Below, piece after piece: positions 19,619 to 27,469 of a stretch of 64,000 bases of DNA. The position numbers were made by a program, and so were the translations under genes. Positions within the stretch are counted from its first letter, which is position 1. Each line of letters opens with the position of its first letter. The DNA comes from Nitrosopumilus sp. Its GTDB lineage: Archaea; Thermoproteota; Nitrososphaeria; Nitrososphaerales; Nitrosopumilaceae. The notes under the pieces were generated by a model. It did no database searches. It worked only from the letters and a program-made list of their open reading frames with translations, and was not told where the DNA came from. The DNA lies in contig CBDBLO010000002.1 of the NCBI GenBank assembly GCA_965207075.1, forward strand, positions 1,952,001-2,016,000, given 5' to 3'.

Positions 19619-19927
19619 CTAGGACGTGACCGGCTTGATGATGTAGATTGGTGGGCCGGATTTTTTGTTTGTACCGTATTCGTATATCTGGACGGACCTT
19701 ACGCCGCGTTTTTTCAGCATGTGTGTGTACGCCTCCTTGTCGCACGTCATCAGGTCGCAGCCGCGTTCCAGACAGAATGATGCAAGTTCCGAGTCGGAGC
19801 TGTCGGCGGCAAGAACATCCGGTTTGCCCACGCGATGAATGTCGGAGTAATCTTTGCGGATTTGCGATTCGTTATCGGTTGACCATCCCGCCAATTGATA
19901 GTCGATCAACACGCCGCGGTTCATCAA
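19619..19927 (-). CDS. PIN-like (DUF5615/Mut7-C type) domain protein, putative RNase toxin
   Basis: VLIDYQL ... SSDSELASFC...G..LMTCDK pattern, matching the acidic-residue spacing of DUF5615-type PIN domains. Confidence 0.6.
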   Translation of the reverse strand: MMNRGVLIDYQLAGWSTDNESQIRKDYSDIHRVGKPDVLAADSSDSELASFCLERGCDLMTCDKEAYTHMLKKRGVRSVQIYEYGTNKKSGPPIYIIKPVTS

Positions 19928-19969
19928 CGGTGCATGCTCGACACGTCATTTATTGGTATGTCTAATCGG

Positions 19970-20023
19970 CTCTCGCAAATTCGTGAGTTGTCAGCAGTCT
20001 CTGGTCAGCTCACGGATTCGCAA
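19970..20023. repeat. Palindromic 54-bp site B (inverted relative to site A)
   Basis: ctctcgcaaattcgtgagttgtc-agcagtctctg-gtcagctcacggattcgcaa. Confidence 0.85.
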
Positions 20024-20196
20024 GAACCCAGCCGGTATCGCGTTTCTCGGCACGGCGGGCGGCATAGCCGGCACCGGCGGCATGCCTGCATGCTTGCCGG
20101 GCGTCAAACGGCCGCGCGGCAAGAAAGGCTCTCAACACTTTTAAAACCAAAGTCTAGAGCCCAGTCTGAGAATGATCCAAAAGGTGACTACAGGCA

Positions 20197-20583
20197 ATGG
20201 CAAAGGCATATTACGTTAAGTTCGAGACGCCCGAGGATCTGGTAAGCCCGATTCTGGAGGCCGTCCGCGTGGCCGCGACAAGCGGCAAGGTTAGAAAGGG
20301 CACAAACGAGGCCACAAAGGCCATAGAGCGCGGCACCTCAAAGCTGGTGGTTATAGCAGAGGACGTGGAGCCCCCCGAGGTGGTGGCCCACCTGCCCATA
20401 CTGTGCGAGGAGCAGGGCGCGGCGTACGCGTTCGTCCCCTCAAAGGACGACCTGGGCAAGTCCATCGGCATAGACATCACGTCCGCGGCGGCAGCGATAC
20501 TAGACCCCGGCGATGCCCAGCACATAGTCGACCAGGTGGTCGCATCCATAGCCAAGATAAAGGACGGCGCTGACGGCAAATGA
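20197..20583 (+). CDS. rpl7ae: 50S ribosomal protein L7Ae
   Basis: [44 protein letters not shown]-like ttttaaaa at ~20139. Confidence 0.97.
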   Translation: MAKAYYVKFETPEDLVSPILEAVRVAATSGKVRKGTNEATKAIERGTSKLVVIAEDVEPPEVVAHLPILCEEQGAAYAFVPSKDDLGKSIGIDITSAAAAILDPGDAQHIVDQVVASIAKIKDGADGK

Positions 20584-20828
20584 GCGCGGCGGGCTCGTCC
20601 AGTGGTTCAAAGCAGGCCATGGCCTCGGCTGACGACGTGGTCCAGTCAGAGGTGATACAGATAGTGGGCAGGACCGGCATAGCAGGCGAGGTGATACAGG
20701 TCAGGGTGCGCATACTGACGGGCAAGGACAGGGGGCGCATACTGACTAGAAACGTAAAGGGCTCCATCAGGACCGGCGAGATACTCATGCTCAGGGAGAC
20801 GGAGCGCGAGGCCAAGAAGATAAAGTAA
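20580..20828 (+). CDS. rps28e: 30S ribosomal protein S28e
   Basis: [48 protein letters not shown]. Confidence 0.95.
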   Translation: MSAAGSSSGSKQAMASADDVVQSEVIQIVGRTGIAGEVIQVRVRILTGKDRGRILTRNVKGSIRTGEILMLRETEREAKKIK

Positions 20829-20847
20829 CACAGGGGGTAATGACAGG

Positions 20848-21048
20848 ATGAGCCTACTTGTAAAGCCGTGCAGCTTTTGCGACAGGCCGGTCCCAAAGGG
20901 CTCCGGTACGATGCTTGCAAAGAACGACGGCACCGTCCTGTGGTTCTGCTCCTCCAAGTGCAAGAAGAACGCGCTGGAGCTGAAGAGGGACCCGCGCAAG
21001 CTAAAGTGGACGAAAAAGTACGTAAAGGGCGGAATCAAAAGAAAATAA
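20848..21048 (+). CDS. rpl24e: 50S ribosomal protein L24e
   Basis: CSFC..PV..G.G.M....DG....FCSSKC.KN......R.PRKLKWT. Confidence 0.96.
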   Translation: MSLLVKPCSFCDRPVPKGSGTMLAKNDGTVLWFCSSKCKKNALELKRDPRKLKWTKKYVKGGIKRK

Positions 21049-21087
21049 TAGCCATGCATGGCGGCACCACGCGAGGGATGATACAAG

Positions 21088-21495
21088 ATGACCACTGAGA
21101 AGACACTGTTCATAGTAAAGCCGGACGCGGTATCCAGGAACCTTACGGGCTCCATCATAGCCAGGTTCGAGCAGAAGGGCTTCAGGATCACGCACCTGAA
21201 GATGTTCCAGTTTACAAAACAGCAGGCCGAGCAGTTCTACAAGGTGCACAGCGAAAAGCCGTTCTTCGGCGAGCTGGTCTCGTTCATATGCTCGGGGCCG
21301 GTGGTGGCGGCCGTCATGGAGGGCGGACACGCGGTCCCGGCCGTGCGCACCATGATAGGGGCCACAAAGTCGTTTGAGGCCCAGCCGGGCTCCATACGCG
21401 GCGACTACGGCCTGGGATTCACGGACAACATCATACACGCGTCGGACTCGGGGGAGAGTTTCGAGCACGAATCGAGGGTGGTCTTTGGTGGGTGA
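21088..21495 (+). CDS. ndk: Nucleoside diphosphate kinase
   Basis: IVKPDAV, HSEKPFF, SGPVV, PGSIRGD, NIIHASDS. Confidence 0.97.
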   Translation: MTTEKTLFIVKPDAVSRNLTGSIIARFEQKGFRITHLKMFQFTKQQAEQFYKVHSEKPFFGELVSFICSGPVVAAVMEGGHAVPAVRTMIGATKSFEAQPGSIRGDYGLGFTDNIIHASDSGESFEHESRVVFGG

Positions 21496-23346
21496 TGCAG
21501 TACGTCGCCAGCCACGCAGAAAGGACAGCAGTCCCCGGAGAGCAGGGCCGTACGCCAGCCCATAGTGGCCGTCCTGGGCCACGTCGACAGCGGCAAGACC
21601 TCGCTGCTTGACCGCATACGCGGCACCGGCGTGCAGGGCAGGGAGGCAGGCGGCATCACGCAGCACATCGGCGCGAGCTTTCTGCCAATCGAGGTCATAC
21701 GAAAGATGTGCGGGCCCGCCCTGTACGGGCGGCTCGAGTCGCAGGCAGGCAGCCTGATCCCGGGCATACTCGTGATTGACACGCCCGGGCACGAGGTGTT
21801 CACGAACCTGAGGTCCAGGGGCGGCTCGGCTGCAGACATAGCCATACTCGTGGTCGACGTGAACAGGGGCTTCCAGCCGCAGACCACCGAAAGCCTCAAG
21901 ATACTCGGCGAGCGCAAGGTTCCGTTTGTCGTAGCCCTCAACAAGTGCGACCAGATATCCGGGTGGCGGCAGACGGAGTCGCCCTACATATCGCAGGCCC
22001 TAAAGGAGCAGGACCCGTCGGTGCAGGCCGACCTGGACCAGAAGATATACGATGTCGTCGGCACGCTGTCAGTCAGGGGGTACAAGGCAGAGGCGTTCAG
22101 CCGCGTGCGGGACTTTAAGAGCGAGGTCGCGATCGTTCCGATATCGGCCCGGAGCGGGGTCGGGATACCCGAGCTGCTCGGCGTGCTCGTGGGGCTGACC
22201 CAGCAGTACCTGCAGAAAAAGCTGGGCGTCTCCGGCAAGGAGACCCGCGGCATGATCCTCGAGGTCAACGACGAGGTGGGGCTTGGGCCCTCGGCCAACG
22301 TCATACTCATCGACGGGTCCATGGGAAAGGACGACATTATAGTGGCCGCCAGGCGCGACTCCGTCGCGGTGGCAAGGCCCAAGGCGATCCTGCTGCCAAA
22401 GGCGCTCGACGAGATGCGCGACCCGCGAGACAAGTTCACGCCCGTCAGCCGCGTCGACGCGGCGGCGGGCCTGAAGATAACCTCGCCGGAGCTCGACGGC
22501 GTGCTGCCCGGCAGCACCCTGTACGTGGCGTCTGGGGACTCCGCGGAGTCCGACGCCGAGAGGTACGCGGAAATGATCAAATCCGAGATGGAGTCGGTGT
22601 TCGTTGACGACACGCAGACCGCGAGCGGCGTCATACTGAGGTGCGACACCATAGGGTCCCTGGAGGCCACGGTGTCCATGCTCCGGGACGCGGGCGTCGC
22701 CGTCTCAAAGGCCGACATCGGGCCCGTCAACAGGCGCGACATCGTGCAGGCAAAGGCGATAAAGGAGAAGGACAGGCACCTTGGCGTCATACTCGCGTTC
22801 AACGTGAGGGTGCTTCCGGACGCGAGGGAGGAGGCCGACACGGCGCACATACGGATCTTCGAGGACAAGGTGATCTACAGCATGATAGACTCGTACAGCG
22901 CGTGGGTCACCGAGGACACGGCAGACCAGGAGAACGCCGTGTTCTCCGAGACGACGCCGGTCGCAAGGTTCACCTTCCTCAAGGACATGGCGTTCCGCAA
23001 CAGCAACCCGGCCGTGTTCGGCATACGGGTCGACGTGGGGACGCTCCGCCAAAAGGCGCCGTTCATGAGCGAGTCGGCAAGGAGGATAGGCACCATACAT
23101 CAGCTGCAGCTTGACAAGAAGACCGTGCCGGCCGCCTCGGCGGGCCAGGAGGTGGCGTGCTCCGTCAACGACGTGGCCATAGGCAGGCAGGTGACGGAGG
23201 GCTCGACATACTATACTGCCCCCTCCTCAAGGGAGGCAAAGGAGCTGCAGAACAGGTTCTGGGGCAGGCTGAGCCCCGAGGAGCAGCAGGTGCTCGAGGA
23301 GATAGTGCGGATGCAGCGCGAAAAGGATCCCGCGTACGCGTACTGA
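21496..23346 (+). CDS. infB: Translation initiation factor aIF5B (IF-2); start codon ambiguous
   Basis: RQPIVAVLGHVDSGKTSLLD.IR, EAGGITQHIGA, IDTPGHE.F.NLR.RGG, NKCD. The frame is open from 21496 but the first canonical start (GTG 21565) lies inside the conserved motif. Confidence 0.93.
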   Translation, partial: CSTSPATQKGQQSPESRAVRQPIVAVLGHVDSGKTSLLDRIRGTGVQGREAGGITQHIGASFLPIEVIRKMCGPALYGRLESQAGSLIPGILVIDTPGHEVFTNLRSRGGSAADIAILVVDVNRGFQPQTTESLKILGERKVPFVVALNKCDQISGWRQTESPYISQALKEQDPSVQADLDQKIYDVVGTLSVRGYKAEAFSRVRDFKSEVAIVPISARSGVGIPELLGVLVGLTQQYLQKKLGVSGKETRGMILEVNDEVGLGPSANVILIDGSMGKDDIIVAARRDSVAVARPKAILLPKALDEMRDPRDKFTPVSRVDAAAGLKITSPELDGVLPGSTLYVASGDSAESDAERYAEMIKSEMESVFVDDTQTASGVILRCDTIGSLEATVSMLRDAGVAVSKADIGPVNRRDIVQAKAIKEKDRHLGVILAFNVRVLPDAREEADTAHIRIFEDKVIYSMIDSYSAWVTEDTADQENAVFSETTPVARFTFLKDMAFRNSNPAVFGIRVDVGTLRQKAPFMSESARRIGTIHQLQLDKKTVPAASAGQEVACSVNDVAIGRQVTEGSTYYTAPSSREAKELQNRFWGRLSPEEQQVLEEIVRMQREKDPAYAY

Positions 23347-23409
23347 CGGGAGTCCAGAAAGGGAAGTGTTGCAGGTGCGGCGGGAGTGTCCGCGCGCAGG
23401 GCGTATGGG

Positions 23410-23919
23410 TCAGCCCGCATCGCCGGGGCGGGCCGCGGCTGTGGCAGCGGCGGCTGCGGCGGCGCGGCACATCGAGTCGAGCGCGTCGCGTCCCACCGCG
23501 CCGGCCACGCGTGACACCGGGGCGCCCGACCTGAACATGACAAAGGTCGGAATCGAGCTGATGGAAAGGCGGGCCGCCACGTCCGGGCACTCGTCCACGT
23601 TGACGCGCGCAAACGCGATGCCCGGGTACGAGCCGGACAGATCCTCGAATATAGGGTGCATTGCCCTGCAGGGCCCGCACCACTGGGCCCAAAAGTCGAC
23701 GAGCGTCGGGCGGGGGGAGGACACCGCGCCCGCAAAGGTGGCAGACGACAGGTTTGCAACGCCGCGGGAGGTTTCCGGGTGCTGTTGCTGCTGTTGCCCC
23801 CGCTCCCTGCTGCGCTGCGCGCTTATCATGTCCTGCAGTTTCTTGCGCTTTAGCCTCTCAAGCTCGGGATCGTCCGCGCCGCCGCCGTCCGGACTAGCAC
23901 CGCTCGCCATGGCAGCCAC
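23410..23919 (-). CDS. trxA: Thioredoxin
   Basis: VDFWAQWCGPC...SIPT, with an N-terminal DPELERLKRKKL helix typical of archaeal thioredoxins. Confidence 0.92.
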   Translation of the reverse strand: MAAMASGASPDGGGADDPELERLKRKKLQDMISAQRSRERGQQQQQHPETSRGVANLSSATFAGAVSSPRPTLVDFWAQWCGPCRAMHPIFEDLSGSYPGIAFARVNVDECPDVAARLSISSIPTFVMFRSGAPVSRVAGAVGRDALDSMCRAAAAAAATAAARPGDAG

Positions 23920-23927
23920 GCACCGTC

Positions 23928-24077
23928 CTAGTCGTCATCCTGATCCTTTATGGGGATCTGCTCGTACCGCCGCGACTTGCATATGGGGCACTGGTCGATA
24001 TACTTGGTAAAGCTCACAGAAGAGTACACGATTCCGCAGTTGCCGCAGACGCGCAGGTTCCTTGAGAGCTTGCCCAT
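23928..24077 (-). CDS. Small zinc-ribbon protein (49 aa; not in the ORF track)
   Basis: MGKLSRNLRVCGNCGIVYSSVSFTKYIDQCPICKSRRYEQIPIKDQDDD*: two CxxC motifs. The stop is 8 nt upstream of the trxA GTG. TATA-like ttttaat lies ~25 nt upstream. Confidence 0.75.
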   Translation of the reverse strand: MGKLSRNLRVCGNCGIVYSSVSFTKYIDQCPICKSRRYEQIPIKDQDDD

Positions 24078-24154
24078 GACGCGGCGGCCACGCATTGTGA
24101 TTAAAAGCTACTGGTTTGGGCAGGGGGCGGCCGTTGCCGTTGTCGCGTATGCGC

Positions 24155-27100
24155 CTACCCATTATTTACGATCGTGCAGACGCCCTCGATCAGCTTCGTG
24201 CCGGGCCCGCATATGCCATACTGCTTTGCAGGCGGCTCGGGTTCCTCCACGTCGGGTTCGGGCAGCCCCACGGCGTGGTATATCGAGAAGTATTCCGCAT
24301 AGTTCTGGTCAAACCACTCCTTGTACGAGGGCTCCGCGTTGTACCGGTCCACGTAGGTCTGGGGGTCGACTGACTCGTCGACGAACGGCGCGGGGATCTC
24401 AAACAGTCCCACCGCCCTGTATATGGTGCCGTATTCGGCCGCATAGTTCTGGTCAAACCACTCCTTGTACGAGGGCTCCGCGTTGTACCGGTCCACGTAG
24501 GTCTGGGGGTCGACTGACTCGTCGACGAACGGCGCGAGTGGGACATCAAGCCTGAGTTCAGGGCGCGCGGGCTCATCCGGCGTCTCCCCTGAGCCGGTTT
24601 CATCCAGAGCCGGCTCGGTGGTGTCGGCGCCATCATCACCATCACCGCCAACAGCGCCACCAGAAGTGTCGTCCACTGCGGCAGGATCGTCGAGTCCCAC
24701 GGCATGGTATATGGAATCATACTCCGAGTAATGCGCGTCAAACCACTCCTTGTACGAGGGCTCCGCGTTGTAGCGGTCCACGTAGGTCTGGGGGTCTACT
24801 GACTCGTCTACAAAGCTGGCGGGCACCTGCAGCACGCCCACCGCGTCGTATATCGAGCCGTACTCTGCAAGGTAGTTTGCGTCATACCACTCCTTGTACG
24901 AGGGCTCCGCGTTGTAGCGGTCCACGTAGGTCTGGGGGTCGACTGACGGGTCGACGAACGGCGCCAGGCCGGTGCCGGCATCGGGCTGCTGCGCGTCCCT
25001 TGGCTCCTCAGACCTTGTCTGCTGTTGCTGCTGCTGTTCCACATCGGCATCCTGCACGTCGTTGACCTTTATGCGGACGGTCTTTTTGTCGCTGTGCTCG
25101 CCCCGGGCCGCCACGACGTCAAACGTGTACGTCTTGCCGCCCTGGTCGTATGAAGGCGTCCATGAAAAGGCCCCCGTCCCCGGCACGATGCTGGCCCCCT
25201 CCGGCTCGTTGGCAAGCGAGAGGGCGGCGCCTGAGGAGGCGTCGCCTGACACCGTCACTATGAACGTCGCCGGCTTGCCCTCGTCGACTGTCAGCGAGCC
25301 GACGGAATTTATCACCAGTCCGACTATGCGCGCCTCGGTGGTGCTCTCGTTTGAGGCCCCGCTTGACCCCTGCGCGTTTGTCGCGTATACGCGGTAGGTA
25401 TACTCGGAGCCGGGATCGAGCCCCCTGTGCGCGTACTTTGTCCCAGTCACGCCGCTGGCAAGCTCCGTAAACGAGGACGAGCCCTTCTTTTTGGCCTCTA
25501 CCGTGTATCCGGTGACGGCCAGGTTGCCGTCGTCGGCCGGCGGGCTCCAGGTTACGTCTATGTGCCTGTCGTTTACCGGCTTTGCGCTCACCTTTATCGG
25601 CGGGCTGGGCGCCGACAACGACACAAGCTCCACGGTATCGGGCTCGATTACTCCGGTATGGAACGACGAGTCGATCGCCCTGATCGTGACGGGATCCGAG
25701 GGCAGCGAGTTTGCATTTCCAATCTGGGCGTACACGTGGAACGAGTTCTCCGTGTTCGTATCCACCCTGTACATGAACGAGCGCTCACTCCTGCCCACCT
25801 CGCCGTCATCTACCGTGAAATAGGTCCTGCCAATCTTCTCTTGCACGACGTAGCCGTTGATCGGCAGATCGAACGTGTCTGAGGGAGGCAGCCACGTCAT
25901 CTTTACATGGGTTGGGGACATCGCCACGATGTCCACCATGGTGGGCTTGTCGGTCCCCTCAGGCTGTGTCGGTGCAGTCGCAGACGGGGCGCTGGCGGCG
26001 TCCGCGCCGCTCGCGATTGCAGAGACCCTGTAGGTGTAGGTGGTGCCGGGGTCAAGGTTGGTGTGGTAGAGCGCAGTCGCATTCGTGCTGGTTCTTGACG
26101 TGAGCGTTGTAAAGTCGATCACGGAGGATCCCGTGACGGCCTTGTACTCTACTGCATATCCGATTATGGGTAAAACGGTACCGCCCCTCTGCCTCGGCGC
26201 CTCCCAGTCGACTAGTATGGACGTCGGGGAGATTGGGACCGCCCGGACGCTGCGCGGCGAGTCCGGCTTTGTGACGGTGGTGCCGGAGGAGGAGGAGGAG
26301 GAAGTGCCTGACGACGACGATGATGAAGATGAAGATGAAGACGATGAAGAGGCGGACTGCGCGTCAAGCTCTATCACCTGCACGCGGTCGTTGCCGGTGT
26401 CTGCCACATACAGCAGTCGCTCCTTCGTGTCGATTGCAATCCCATGCGGCGACCTGAACTCGCCGTCGTCCTCGCCGAAGGAGCCGTACTTGCCCACGTA
26501 GCATACCACGTCAGTCAGGTTCTGCGTCCCGTCGGGACACGACTCGCCTCCCCCCCTCTCAAGGAAGCTGAAGATCTGTATCCGGCCGTTGACGGTGTCT
26601 GACACGTACAGCTCCCCCCTGTTGGGCGTGGTCTTCTTGTCTATCGCGAGCCCGGTCGGTCCGTTAAATGTGCCGTTCGCGGTGCCTATAATGCCTGCGC
26701 TGCCGAACTCCCCCACGTAGCAGATCCCCTTGGCCGCCTCCACCGTGTAGCTGTGACATCTTTCCCGCTCAGTAAGTATTTTGAATATGCCTATACGGTG
26801 CTTTTCGGTATCCGACACGTACAGGTATCTGCCTATCTCGTCTACTACGAGGCCCGAGGGGTTCGACATGTCGGTCGTGTTGAACTTTTTAATCGCGTCC
26901 TTGTACGTGCCGTCAGTGGAGAACACGTGGATCCTGTCCCCGTCCTCATCCGATACGAACACCCTCTGGGTCGCCGTGTCCACCGCGATGTCAGTAGGCG
27001 ATGACAGCTCGTCCGAGCCGAACTCGCGCACAAACTTGTTGTCCCTGTCCACCACCTTGACTCGCTGGTTGCCCGCATCAAGAACAAAAAATTCGAGGTC

Positions 27101-27469
27101 ATACTTCACGATTGATACCGGGTCGGAGAACTGCGAGTCGCCGCTGCCGGCAGAGCCGAACCGCTTGTCAAACTTGTCGTGAGTCCGGAATATGCTGACC
27201 CGATCCTTGTCCTTTTCCACGACGTAGATGTCCACGACATTGCCCCTGAGGTTCATGTTCAGCTCGACATCATAGGGGCCGTCGATTGCCCCGCCGGCTA
27301 TGTCTTCATCATCAAATATGTGGGCAAATTCCGGCGCGGCATAGGCGCCGGATGCCAGCGATGCGGCCGCGAGCGCAACTGCGGCGACGGCTACTGTAGC
27401 CGCGAGCGCGTAACTCCCAGGGATCGGCAGGGCCCGCCCCGTGCCGCCGCGGCCGGCCTTCATCAGCAT
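24155..27469 (-). CDS. Large secreted protein: NHL beta-propeller, FN3 x3, Ig-like domain, 4 Tyr-rich repeats
   Basis: Signal peptide; NHL motifs (F..P.G.AID, LYV.DT.N.R.Q); poly-Ser linker; FN3 motifs (W..P..., L.P.T.Y.YRV.A); repeats APFVD..VDPQTYVDRYNAEPSYKEW.D; terminal YGICGPGTKLIEGVC. Confidence 0.88.
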   Translation of the reverse strand: MLMKAGRGGTGRALPIPGSYALAATVAVAAVALAAASLASGAYAAPEFAHIFDDEDIAGGAIDGPYDVELNMNLRGNVVDIYVVEKDKDRVSIFRTHDKFDKRFGSAGSGDSQFSDPVSIVKYDLEFFVLDAGNQRVKVVDRDNKFVREFGSDELSSPTDIAVDTATQRVFVSDEDGDRIHVFSTDGTYKDAIKKFNTTDMSNPSGLVVDEIGRYLYVSDTEKHRIGIFKILTERERCHSYTVEAAKGICYVGEFGSAGIIGTANGTFNGPTGLAIDKKTTPNRGELYVSDTVNGRIQIFSFLERGGGESCPDGTQNLTDVVCYVGKYGSFGEDDGEFRSPHGIAIDTKERLLYVADTGNDRVQVIELDAQSASSSSSSSSSSSSSSGTSSSSSSGTTVTKPDSPRSVRAVPISPTSILVDWEAPRQRGGTVLPIIGYAVEYKAVTGSSVIDFTTLTSRTSTNATALYHTNLDPGTTYTYRVSAIASGADAASAPSATAPTQPEGTDKPTMVDIVAMSPTHVKMTWLPPSDTFDLPINGYVVQEKIGRTYFTVDDGEVGRSERSFMYRVDTNTENSFHVYAQIGNANSLPSDPVTIRAIDSSFHTGVIEPDTVELVSLSAPSPPIKVSAKPVNDRHIDVTWSPPADDGNLAVTGYTVEAKKKGSSSFTELASGVTGTKYAHRGLDPGSEYTYRVYATNAQGSSGASNESTTEARIVGLVINSVGSLTVDEGKPATFIVTVSGDASSGAALSLANEPEGASIVPGTGAFSWTPSYDQGGKTYTFDVVAARGEHSDKKTVRIKVNDVQDADVEQQQQQQTRSEEPRDAQQPDAGTGLAPFVDPSVDPQTYVDRYNAEPSYKEWYDANYLAEYGSIYDAVGVLQVPASFVDESVDPQTYVDRYNAEPSYKEWFDAHYSEYDSIYHAVGLDDPAAVDDTSGGAVGGDGDDGADTTEPALDETGSGETPDEPARPELRLDVPLAPFVDESVDPQTYVDRYNAEPSYKEWFDQNYAAEYGTIYRAVGLFEIPAPFVDESVDPQTYVDRYNAEPSYKEWFDQNYAEYFSIYHAVGLPEPDVEEPEPPAKQYGICGPGTKLIEGVCTIVNNG

